Position numbers and translations under genes: made by a program | Assembly (NCBI GenBank): GCA_000708835.1 | Contig: DF236960.1 | Coordinates: forward strand, 25,807-89,806 | Source of the DNA: Klebsormidium nitens | Taxonomy: Eukaryota; Plantae; Klebsormidiophyceae | Direction of reading: 5' to 3' | DNA: 64,000 nt | Shown: piece after piece, positions 12,295 through 22,870 of the stretch | Layout of the letters: each line of letters starts with the position of its first letter | Numbering within the stretch: the stretch's first letter is position 1 | Notes under the pieces: model-generated | Database searches by the model: none | What the model saw: the letters and a program-made list of their open reading frames with translations, nothing else | Told to the model about the DNA's origin: nothing

Positions 12295-14267
12295 TCTTCT
12301 AATCCCTTCTAACTCGTTTGACAACCGACTTTCAGGGCAAGACCGCAATGAAGTTCCTTCAGGAGGTGGCGGCCCCATCTTGGGCACTAAATAAATGGCC
12401 CTTAGCCCACCTTAACCGTGTCAACTCCTAGTTCCTAGACCCTTCTTGTTAAGTGAACCCAACTAAACCCAGTTGAAACCCACTTTTCAGGGCAAGACCG
12501 CAATGGAGTTCCGGCGAGAAGTGGCGGCCCTCAGTCCCGGGCACCACAAGCCCCGCCCCTTGACCCACCTTAACCCTCCTCAACCCGTTTTCACTAACCC
12601 GTTTTCAAATCCACCTTTCAGGGCAAAACCGCAATGGAGTTCCGGCGAGAAGTGGCGGCGCTCAGTCTCGGGCACCACAAGAACCTGCTCCCGTTCTACG
12701 GGGTTTGCATGGAGGGCAAACAGCTGTGCATCGTAACCAAGTTCATGGCCGGCGGAAACCTGGCGGACTATCTGGCGAAGCACGGGCCGCTCCCAATGCC
12801 GATGCTGCTGCAAGTGGCGCGCGATGTTGCGGAGGGGATGCGATGTCTTCACAAAAATGGCGTCATTCACCGGTAAGTTTTGAGTTTAGAGATTCGGGTC
12901 TCGTTTCTTCAGAGTTTTTGTGGGGTATTGGAGCTTATATTCAGCTAGAGAGCAAACATAGGGTTGTCTGGGGAAGCACGGGCCAGTCCTGATGCCAATG
13001 CTGTTGCAAGTGCATGCGACATGGCCAAGGGGAGGCGCTGCTTCCAGGAATTTTAAAACGGTGCAGATCCTTCTGGACGCCGACGGCACCGCAGAGGTCG
13101 CCGACTTCTGCGTTGCGCGGGTCCGCTTCGAGAAGGACAAACTGCTGATGGTTTACTTTCTCTCTTCCTAAATCGCATCTTAACCCGCTTCGTTACTTCT
13201 GCAGGGACCTCAAAACCGCGAACATCCTTCTAGACGCCGATGGTACAGCGAAGGTCGCCGACTTCGGGGTCGCGCGGTTGCGCTTCGAGAAGGACGAGAT
13301 GACCAAAGAAGTGGGCACTTACCGCTGGATGGCCCCGGAGGCGCTCGGCGCGTTTTCGTCTACGAGCCCTGTTGCGCCAGTCACCCAAAAAAGTGACGTG
13401 TACAGGTAAGCCCACCAGAACTCGTCGACTTAAAAGCAGGGGAGCTACAGGGACCAGCTAATCGTTCTGGTTTCCAACTTGACTTCCACATTGTCGTGAG
13501 AGTTCGAAGGCTGGTCGATGCAAAGATTTCTGAAGGACGGGAATTTACGAAAGCCTGTTTTAGGTACTCGACCCTGCAGTCAGCAATGAACTGCACATTA
13601 TTCCGAGGCCCGAATAGGTGGTTCATTTTGCTTCGGCGATACGTCCATGCAGCTACGCCGTCATCTTCTGGAATGCCCACGAGCGGTCGTACCATCGATA
13701 GTCCCCTGCAACCGACACTGTGAAAGCTCGATACACGATAACCGGTCAGGCTGGAGACGGATCAGATTCTGAACCAGTTTTTGATCCACCTACGACGCAT
13801 AGTGGATCTTCCGCAGTCAAGCAGTTGTGCTGTGGGAGTTGGTCACGACGGGCGTTCCTTACCCCAATAACCGTCCCCTGCAACGGACATTTTGACAACC
13901 CAAAACCCAAACTGTTCTTCAGGTTCGGGAACAATCCCAAAATTCTCATTTGTGCAGTTACGCGATTGTGCTCTGGGAGTTGGTCACGGGGGGCGTCCCC
14001 TACACCAATTACTCCCCCCTGCAAGCTGCGGTTGGAGTCGCTTTGAACAACCTGCGGCCGCCAATTCCGGCCAACTGCGATCCCGCGCTCAAAAGCCTGA
14101 TGCAGCGAGCGTGGGATAAAGACCCCTGGGTAAGGCCGGAGCTTGCGCAGATAGTGGAGGAACTAGACGCGCTGATACTCAAGCACACGCTTGTGCGGTC
14201 GAGGATTGCTCCTCTGGGGGGATCCCCCAGGAGGGTTCCACTGGGCAGGAGTGGCGGGGGGGGCTGA
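9181..14267 (+). CDS. STY8/17/46-like Raf-type (group C MAP3K-like) protein kinase with a long disordered N-terminus and a degenerate ACT-like domain, ~936 aa
   Basis: Exons 9181-11118, 11558-11668, 12622-12872, 13205-13405, 13958-14267 (2811 nt, phases match). Kinase motifs: [57 protein letters not shown]. The N-terminal [20 protein letters not shown] resembles the STY-family HF.RLP.RYA..EDVL.H.RLL motif. Confidence 0.9.
12010..12621 (+). repeat. Array of about 4 degenerate copies of the acceptor and 5' end of kinase exon 3
   Basis: cag|GGCAAGACC...GAAGTGGCGGC recurs near 12160, 12333 and 12491, with a more decayed copy at ~12020, ahead of the real exon at 12622. Similarity increases toward the real exon. 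Confidence 0.85.
12254..12290. repeat. (CTA/TAC)12 microsatellite in kinase intron 2
   Basis: Direct reading: tactactac... for about 36 bp, followed by (TTC)3. Confidence 0.95.
12970..13145 (+). repeat. Echo of the kinase exon 3 3' part immediately followed by an echo of the exon 4 5' part, inside intron 3
   Basis: 12970-13045 matches AAGCACGGGCCG..ATGCCGATGCTGCTGCAAGTG..GGGGATGCGATGTCTTCA of exon 3. 13048-13143 matches exon 4 (AAAAC..ATCCTTCTGGACGCCGACGGCACC..GTCGCCGACTTC..CGCTTCGAGAAGGAC). Confidence 0.8.
13810..13885 (+). repeat. Echo of the acceptor and 5' end of the last kinase exon
   Basis: cag|TCAAGCAGTTGTGCTGTGGGAGTTGGTCACGACGGGCGTTCCTTACCCCAATAAC vs the real cag|TTACGCGATTGTGCTCTGGGAGTTGGTCACGGGGGGCGTCCCCTACACCAATTAC at 13958. 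Confidence 0.8.
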
Positions 14268-14319
14268 GTTGGATTCTACCCAAGCGCAGAGGGGGTTGTA
14301 TCAAAGCTAGTAGTATTAG

Positions 14320-14560
14320 CACGCGCTAATAGTGGACAAACGCTTGTGCGGTCGAGGATCGTTTCCCAGGGGGGTCCCCACGGGGGTTCCTTTGGGGGGG
14401 GGTTGGTGGGGGGGCTGGAGAGAGTTTCTGATGGCGGATGTAGCATTAGCATAAGGTAGTTGGAGGAGCCAAAGCGTCGGTACTCTTAAAATGATACGGG
14501 TGAGGATTGCTCGGAAGGGGGGTTTCCCATGGGGCGTTTTGTTGGGGGGTCGGCAGGGAA
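14320..14560 (+). repeat. Two degenerate copies of the kinase CDS 3' end placed after the stop codon
   Basis: ACGCTTGTGCGGTCGAGGAT...GGGGTTCC...GGGGGGGCTG (real 14185-14267) recurs at ~14330-14420 and more decayed at ~14490-14560. Confidence 0.75.
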
Positions 14561-16594
14561 AACGGGTTGCCTTCGAGCGTGGGGGTATAGTTAGTAGAGG
14601 CGGAACGGTAGGGAAGATTAAAAAGTGTAATATCCTCTGACCAAAAGAACCAACGGCGGACGACCCAACGGTTAGCCAGCAGGTTTTGCTTCGCACTGAT
14701 TTATGAAAGGGGGGCAGGAACGAAAACGGGGACAGGAGCATTAACAAGAACGGGAAGGTATAGGCAGATAGGAGAAGAAGACTTGGATACTGAGATGCTC
14801 GGAGGTAACTAACGCCGTAAGACGCAACGCCGTCTGGACGCTAACAGCTTGCAAAAGAAAATGGAACGTAAGTTAGCGCCGCGGTAAAGGGTTTCTAGTC
14901 AAGGTCTCTGAGGTCGGTTCGTTCGAGCTGCGAGATGATGAGGTAAAACGGTCTGGGGACTAATTGTAGAACCGGGATAAAGCACATACGCGATGACCTT
15001 GGGTCCGTTTGTGTACGGAAAGCTGAAAGAGGACAAACCATACGTACTAGAGCCAACGGTATAAACGCTTTGGCCATATCCTTAGAAACATAGGGTGGGC
15101 AGGCTTAAAAGTCAGAAGGTGACATCATACTTCCAGACTGACGTTGCTACCGTACATTGTGTTTGATAACGGTATTCTGCTCCAATCGGAAGCTTACATC
15201 CAGGACGGGCTGGCTAAAACGATCCGTTAAGTGATTAGTTCGATTTCTTGCCGTATTCCGAAGAAGTGTTGAACTTGAGTGGAAAAGCCTACACTGATGG
15301 GCGATCCGCGGGCGGCCGCTCTTGATTAGATTCAAGACGATCGATCATGTTGTTTCACCTTCGACGGCGCATCATACACACGCCGGGTTATCTACCGGCA
15401 CTTGATCGATCGCACCGTACCGTGTATACCCAATCGATCAGCCGCTCACGTACAACCAGCTCCGGCAATCAGTAGATTGTGCATGCTAATGATGCCATGA
15501 CTGAGCTACACTCGAAAGAGTTGCAGGCTCATGCCGGTCAGTACTCTGCCAGGCATATCCAATGCAATCAAGCCGATATCACTATTTTTGAACCATCAAT
15601 TCGATCATGCATCCGGTCACTACAAAGCATTATTTGTTCTGGACGTCGCGCGCTCATGTCTGATTGCGTCAGAAGCGGCTGCATGCAGCATGCATATATA
15701 GCCTATACAGTAATGTTGTCAACATCACTATGCCCACATGTCAAAACATCATCGTATGACTGGAGTCTAGCTTCTGGTCAGGAGGCGGGCTGCCATGGCA
15801 GTGCATCAATCACGCACTGCAGTGGCGCCTGCATGCTGCATGGCATTTCATACTATAAGGCCTGGCCTCCCTGCAATTTGCAATGATCGACGTCGTTCGT
15901 GATTACCGTCGGACTGTAACATTGGATGCCAGCCTGCTAGCTTAATGCGGTCGCTCATCCACTGAGTGGGCCAAAATTGTCAACTGTGTTGACCGCGGTC
16001 CTTGAGCGGCCGCCCCGGCGCGGTTCTGAAAACGGTTAAACATTGCGTTCACCAACAGCTTGCGCGATCGAAAAGGAGCGGGACAAGATTCCGATTGTTC
16101 AGTGGCAGTTTGCGGAAAAGAGAAAAGGCTATCAACCATTGTTTTTTTTCATTTGCAGAGGTTTGACGTCGATCAATCATGAGCCAAGGCACTCAGGCTG
16201 CTCGTTACATGTTACAGGCTTTTGTGCAGACCTCGAAGATAAGGCAAAATGTCCGTTAGAGTCAAGGCTTCGATTTACCGGTCGTTCCGTCAAGTCTGTG
16301 TGTATCGTTTCGACGCTTCAACCTGGTTGACACGTTCTAAAGCTGGTAACTGCGAATTCACTCAGGCTTTATTCTCCAAATATGCACAGGAAGCTTACAT
16401 CTTCTTCTAACGGCTAGGATGCTTAGCCTCGCGACTCGTCGTGACTTTGTCGCATGAATGCAAGGCTTGCGGGCTTTGACTCCACCAATCCTTTCGCTCA
16501 CCCAGTCATTCGCGTTTTCACAAGCTATTCTTGTTTCCCGTCAACCACGAAGCACCCCCCCTTCTTCACTCCTGATCTGGGATTCCGTTAACTT

Positions 16595-19500
16595 CTATTC
16601 ACCATCAACGTCAAGTAACGGGGTCTCACGGGCCCCGTACTTCCGAATCTCGTTCCGGATCTCGTTAACCTTCCCCGGTGCCGCGGCCGCGGCCGCGTCG
16701 CCCGACCCAATGACTGTGCCCGGTACGCTCTCCCCGGGGGCCGATTCCGCCGCTAATTTGACCCCCCCGGGCGCGGGCTTTCCCTCGGCGGCCTTAACCC
16801 CCGCGGCTTTCAGCGGCTTAACCTCAGCGGGCTGCACCTTTTTGCTCCGGAAGAAGCCGATAAACCAGTGGCCTAACGCGGGCAGGACCTTCTTGTACCC
16901 GAACTTGAGCGCGTTGTCGAGGCTCATCATGTCCTTCAGGCCCCCGGGTGACGTCAGGACCGCTGACGTCATCAGGTCGCTGTCGTCATCGTCCCCGCCG
17001 TCCCCGGAGTCGTCCGACTTCTTCTTGGCGGCGCCGGCCTTTTTGGCCTTGCCGTCTTCTTTGATGGTGAAAAAAATGCCGAACGCGGTCGCGACGAAGG
17101 GGAAGAGACCGCCCATTTGGGAGACGATTCCGGTAATCGTGACGGGGTCTTTTTCCACCACCTTTTCGACCCCCCTGCAAAGAACGAGAAATAATATCTG
17201 AATGATACAGAAAATGGTCGCGACGAAGGGGAAGAGACCGCCCATTTGGGAGACGATGCCGGTTATCGTGACGGGGTCTTTTTCCACCACCTTTTCGACC
17301 CCCCTGCAAAGTCAAAACTTTTATTTCTTCTCTGGTTCTCGGTTTGACCACAATAGATATTGTCGCGACGAAGAGGGAGAGACCGCCCATTTGGGAGCCG
17401 ATCCCGCTTATCGTGACGGGGACGTTTTCCACCACCTTTTCGACCCCCCAGCAGAGAAAAAGTATCGGACTTTCGAACTTTTTGCAAGGGACAGAGGAGA
17501 TATCAACGGGGTGGTGGCTTTCAAGGGCGGAAGACCGCACACGTCGGAGACAATCTCGGCAATCGTGACAGAAACTTTTCCCCTCCCCTGCAAAGGAAGA
17601 GAAATCTTATCTATTTCTGAAAGGACGAATGGAAATGACACAGGAAATGGTCGCCACGAAGGGGGAAAGACCGCCCATTTGGAAAACGACCCCGGTAATC
17701 GTGACGGGGTCCTTTCCCACTACTTTTTTGAACCCCCTGCAAAACATGAAGCTGACTAGTTTGAAAACTTTTCCTTTTAAGAAGCATGCTAGAAGCGAGG
17801 AAACAGTCGCCTTCGAGGTAGAAAGATCGCCCATCTCACTATGTTTGTATCTCTGATACGTCAGCACCCTGCTTCTAGAAAATGTCATCGACCGTCATCA
17901 CGAGGGGGCCCCCAATCTATACACGACAACGCACTTGACGGCGAGCCGAACTACTTTAATAAAAAGAAAAAAGGTTGATCTCGCCACTGACATCATCGTT
18001 GAGAAAACTGGTGAGACAGTGCAAATCACGAAGGGAGATCATCGGGTCAGCTTAACCTCACCTCGTATCCAGAACGAAGTGAACTAGAGCGAAGGTCGAG
18101 TAGCCGTACGGGCGTTCCAGTCCGTCGTCGTCGGGCAGCGGAATCAATGCTCCGCTGACGGAGTTCGTTATGAAGGACGCCTCCTGGGAGCATTGAGGAA
18201 TCAAAATACCAGTAAGAGACCTGTCTATGAGGGTCCAAGTTGGGAGGATGCAGCTTTGGAGCCTTCTTTTCCAAGCTGATACCGGGAATGTTAAGGGGGA
18301 ACCACAATCTTTAGTCCTCTTGTCAGCAAGGAAACAGGGGAGCTTGACCTCGCAAACACACTCGTTTTATCAACAGAATTAAATGGTGTAGGCACAGAAT
18401 CAAAAAGGATATAATGCATGAAAGATTCCAGTCATTCGCCCACCTGCGTTCCGTCCAGTCCGAAGCGGATCGACATCGAGATCGTGACGGTGGTGACGGC
18501 GTTCATCGGAATGAACACCGGAGTGGAGCCGGTAAGCTTTCCATCGTCGTTTGGCGGGCCGTAGTGTAAATACGCCTTGAGCTGGTTAATGGGCATCACG
18601 TACTCTGATTCGTCCGTCAGATTTAGCTTTTGAAGCGGCGCCTGCAATTGGGGTTAATCTTTTGAGTTCGGTGTGGTTATATAAAGTCTGCTTACGGTTT
18701 CGGGTTGGTGGGTTTGAAAGTTCGTTTTAGTAACCGTAAATCAACGGGCCGTAGTGTGAACATTTCAAAAAATCTCCGCTCAAATCACCGATTCGTGTCA
18801 ATTGCGCCTCACCGATCGATTGAAGTAGAGCCCGGCGAAGAAGTCCGGGAAGTCTTCGATGAAGGCGGGCAGGCTGGTGTTGAGATCATAACCCTTATTC
18901 TCTGTCCAAGCTGATCACAATATCGTGCTGAATGGTCTTCAACAAATGCTCACCGATCGGTTGAAGTAGAGCCCGGCGAAGAAGTCCGGAAAGTCTTCAA
19001 TGAAGGCGGGCAGGCTGGTGTCGAAGCTGAGGCACTGGTCGACGCAGTTGCCGGGGCCCTCGTAGCAGTCCCACCAGTTAGTCTCGCCCAAGGCCTGGAA
19101 CAGTAAGAACGTTTGATGTTACCATTGAGATTATACTGCTTTAACAATTCACATTATATCAGCTGGCAATTTTTGGGCAAAACAAATCAAAGCTCGCAGT
19201 CCCACCAGTTTGTCTCGCCCAATGCCTGGAGTTAAGGGAATCTCACGGGGTCGATTCCACATTTGCGTTGGTCAACACATAACACAGAATTTTGTCTGGA
19301 AGGTGATTTGACGGATTCGTTGTACATGTCTACATCGCGCCGATACAAACTACAGCCACCTCCTCTCGCAATGTTTCAGAGTAAATCTTGCGGTTGAGGC
19401 CGGTTGACACTCGCGTACCAATGTTCTGGGTACCTAAGTAGAGTCGCTAACCCAACCGGTGACTAGTCCGCTGAACCCGTATCAACCTAAACCTCGACCT

Positions 19501-21803
19501 TGAAGTCTTGTTGTGGCTGCGGTTGCTGAGCGTTGGAGGATCGGCCCATCATAATACAGAGCGTCACTAAGTCTATTTGCGGACCAAGTCTGTTTGCGGA
19601 ACAGCGCTACACTCCATGTCCGGAAAGGCAGCTCGAAAGTGTTCGAAAGTTCGCTGGTGTCAGAACATTGTCAAAGGGCGCCATGAATCGCATCCGCATC
19701 GCGCCAGACAGCGAGAGCGTGGAAACGCTAGCTTTGGATTACAACGAACACTGCAGAAAAAGGCCATCGTTAATCGTTAATCGTTAATGATCGAATTTTG
19801 ATAGTACGCGCGCTCCACCTTTTCACCCATCCCAGCACTGGGAGGTTTCGCTGGGAATCTGCTGCGAAAGGATTGGGCGGGTGACGTCAGACTGCTCACC
19901 AGGGTGACGTTGCACGTGCTCTCTTCCGACCGGTCGAACGAGGGGAGCGACGCGTTGGGCGCCGGAAACGACGCGGGCCCCAGGGCGTCGATGGTCCAGT
20001 CGCTGCTGACGCATTCTGCCACGTCAGCAAGTAATGATGTCAGGGCACTTTGGAATGTCCACTTCCAATTCATGAATGATCCGTATACGAACGCTTTGGA
20101 ATGCTTAAACCTACCTCTTATCGAGCTTCGTCCAATACCTACTACAACCCACCCGTTCAGAAAAATACACCTCAAACGTTTTATCTTACGTCGAAGAACC
20201 AGATTTGGGATCGACATGCAGCAGCCCACTGCTCACGCACAAAGGTAACGGTATGTGCAAATGTCGCTCAGATCCCTCACAGGAGGAGCGTCTTGCACTC
20301 GGAGATTGGCCCCTCCAATTTCGCGAGGCTTGCGATCGAATCCAAATCGAATTGTGAAAAGGACCCACCTGCCAGGATCGGAGAGTCGAACTCGGTCCCG
20401 TAGTATTTGAGAATGGAGTCCTCCCAGCAGATGGAGATCTCCGGCAGCGTGACGTTGCCCTTGAGGATGCTGACCTCACTCGTGGGCGCGTCCCGTTGCG
20501 CGAGCGTCTACGAAAGAAGAATTCTTTCGATGTTAGAGGGAGGATGGCACGCCTTCGTTTTGTTTCTGAGAAATGGATCGTTATGTTTCCCATGTGGGTG
20601 ACGTCGGTCGAAAGATCACGTCTGATTCTACGTACGGCCTGCGGAGTGCCAGGTTTAAAAAGTCAACTAGCAAAGCTGAGGAAGAAGCGAAACAGTAAAA
20701 ATTGAACATGGAGAACAGACGTGATCAGCGAGAGCGGACATCCGAAGGGTAGAACAGGGTAGATCTTACTGTTCAAGTATGGTCAAGACGCCACCGCAAG
20801 GCCACGCGCACATCTAGAATCACTCGGACTCGGGCCACGTATCAAAAAGTGAGCCAGCGCAGAACAGAGAAAGAAAAGAATGGATTGCAAAGAAGCGAGG
20901 CACAGCTTAAAGATGAGCGGGACGTCAAAGAAAGGAAAAAGGATGAGATGTCTTACGTCGTTGATTCTGGAAACGCACGTCACTGCCCATTCACTCATCT
21001 GGATTCCGCGGACTATCGGGCCCGGAATCCACAAACATACCAGCACACAAACGAGAAACCCGTGAAATACAAAGGAGCAACGCACAGCAAAAGGCCGCAG
21101 AAAGGAAAGCCGGATGAGTCGTCTGACGTTGATAATTGTGAAGACGCACGCAACAGCCCATGCGCATATGCACCCAAGTCGCTGGCTCAAGGGCCCAGGA
21201 TTTGAAGCCGACCAGCAGGAGAATGAAGGAGGAGTGGGAAAACAAAAGTCAGGCACACCTTCAAAAACAAGTTGGCCGACAATCCAAAGGAACAAGGGAC
21301 GAACTCTTTTATGTTGATGACTTCGGAGACGCACTTTATCGCCCATCCGAATTCGTCCTACTGTCGAGGCCAGTATCGGAAAGTTGAGCAGTACAACCGA
21401 AAAAAGAAATGAGGAGGATACCAAGAAGTGAAGCCCAGCACGAGGAAAAACGCAAACCGGAAAATCAAAAGGAAGGAGGAATGGGAAAAAGGGTGGATTT
21501 CCTTACGTTGATGATCGTGAAGACGCACGCTACCGCCCATCCGCACATTACAATCACCTTATTGGGCCAGTAGCAGAGTCGAAGTTAAACATCGAAAAGA
21601 AGAAGCATAGGTTAGTCGAGCATACAGCACAACTAGACCGAGCACACACTAGCTAAACGGCAGAAGAAGAAGAAGATGAACCATCTTACGTTGATAATCG
21701 TGAAGACGCACGCTACCGCCCAGCCGCACATTAGGATCACCCAGATGACCCATGCTGGCTTCCGCTCCCGGACGTTCACGTCCAGGGGGAGAAGGAATCC
21801 CAT
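16595..21803 (-). CDS. Two-transmembrane protein with a large glycosylated ectodomain; DEG/ENaC- or PAC(TMEM206)-like channel candidate, ~469 aa
   Basis: Minus-strand exons 21803-21690, 20507-20369, 20015-19900, 19094-18954, 18641-18444, 18183-18062, 17174-16595; all phases match. TM1 WVIWVILMCGWAVACVFTIIN; post-TM1 PTSEVSILKGNVTLPEISICW; five N-x-S/T sequons; pre-TM2/TM2 EKVVEKDPVTITGIVSQMGGLFPFVATAFGIFF. The gene model is well supported. The family call is motif-based inference, and an upstream exon cannot be excluded. Confidence 0.7.
17175..17890 (-). repeat. Array of about 5 degenerate copies of the acceptor and TM2-coding start of the last channel exon
   Basis: Minus-strand tgcag|GGGGGTCGAAAAGGTGGTGGAAAAAGACCCCGTCACG..CAAATGGGCGGTCTC recurs starting near 17303, 17447, 17587, 17735 and (decayed) ~17875. 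The translated variants KVVEKDPVTITGIVSQMGG, KVVENVPVTISGIGSQMGG and KVVGKDPVTITGVVFQMGG are visible in the ORF track. Confidence 0.9.
18808..18885 (-). repeat. Donor-side echo of channel exon 19094-18954 (an acceptor-side echo lies at ~19195-19230)
   Basis: Near-identical 66-nt copy of the exon 3' end with intact GTGAG, differing at 3 synonymous positions. Confidence 0.9.
20765..21560 (-). repeat. Four donor-side echoes of the TM1 exon of the channel gene
   Basis: Minus-strand ATGTGCG..TGGGC(G/T)GT(A/T)GCGTGCGTCTTCAC(G/A)AT(C/T)ATCAAC|gt recurs at ~21500-21560, ~21120-21180, ~20950-21010 and ~20765-20810, decaying with distance. Confidence 0.8.
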
Positions 21804-21804
21804 C

Positions 21805-22870
21805 CCGGCACTGCGTCCGAATCAACTAGAGTGGGGAGCTTGTCCGAATGTCGACAGGAATCAGGCTCGTCCGTTTGCCTGATTCATGTAAAGAGGGTGG
21901 GGTCAATGCGATGCAGGAATGGGTTTTGCAGAGGGGGAAAGAACCCCCATCCCAGCGCTGCGTCCGAATCAACTAGAGTGAGGAGCTTGTCCGAATGTCG
22001 ACAGGGAATCAGGCTCGTCCGTTTGCCTGATTGATGTAAAGAGGNNNNNNNNNNNNNNNNNNNNNNNNNNNNNNNNNNNNNNNNNNNNNNNNNNNNNNNN
22101 NNNNNNNNNNNNNNNNNNNNNNNNNNNNNNNNNNNNNNNNNNNNNNNNNNNNNNNNNNNNNNNNNNNNNNNNNNNNNNNNNNNNNNNNNNNNNNNNNNNN
22201 NNNNNNNNNNNNNNNNNNNNNNNNNNNNNNNNNNNNNNNNNNNNNNNNNNNNNNNNNNNNNNNNNNNNNNNNNNNNNNNNNNNNNNNNNNNNNNNNNNNN
22301 NNNNNNNNNNNNNNNNNNNNNNNNNNNNNNNNNNNNNNNNNTGCTGCGTCCGAGTCAACTAGAGTGGGGAGCTTGTCCGAATGTCGACAGGAAATCAAGC
22401 TCGTCCGTTTGCCTGATTGATGTAAAGAGGATGGGTCAGTGCGATGCAGGGCTGGGTTGTGCAGGGGGGGGAGGAACCCCCATCCCAGCGCTGCGTCCGA
22501 ATCAGAACTGACGTCTCGTTCGCGTCCGAAAGAAAACGAGACTTGCCCCGACTTCAGATGGGAGGATGTGGTCGTTCGTTTGCCTGAACGATAATTAGCG
22601 GTGGATATTTCGAGTTCGATATCAACTTGTCCAGGGGGAGAAGGAACCCCATCCCGGCACTGCGCAATCAGAACTGTCGGTCCAACTAGAGTGGGGAGCT
22701 AGTCCGAATGTCGACAGGGACGGGGCTCCACCGGTTTGCCTGGTCGATGCAGACATGGACGGGTGATTCAGTGCGACGATTAGGTCATCCAAGGGGAGAA
22801 GGAACACCATTCCTGGCGCTGCGCCCGGATTAGAGAAGCTTCGTCCAACTAGAGTGGGGGGCTTGCGCGA
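21805..22870 (-). repeat. Tandem ~135-bp repeat copying the acceptor and ATG region of the channel gene; spans the assembly gap
   Basis: The plus-strand unit ...GGGGAGAAGGAA(T/C)CCCATCCC(G/A)GC(A/G)CTGCG...CAACTAGAGTGGGGAGCT(T/A)GTCCGAATGTCGACAGG... recurs about 6 times on both sides of the N run. Confidence 0.85.
22045..22341. other. Assembly gap (297 N)
   Basis: Run of N within the tandem repeat. Confidence 1.

Noticed and set aside
20783-21424. 213-aa hydrophobic minus-strand ORF as a separate membrane protein
   Set aside because: It lies in channel intron 1, and its hydrophobic stretches are decayed TM1 echoes plus T-rich intron sequence.
21969-22398. ORFs of 129 aa containing X runs
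   Set aside because: Artefacts of the N gap.
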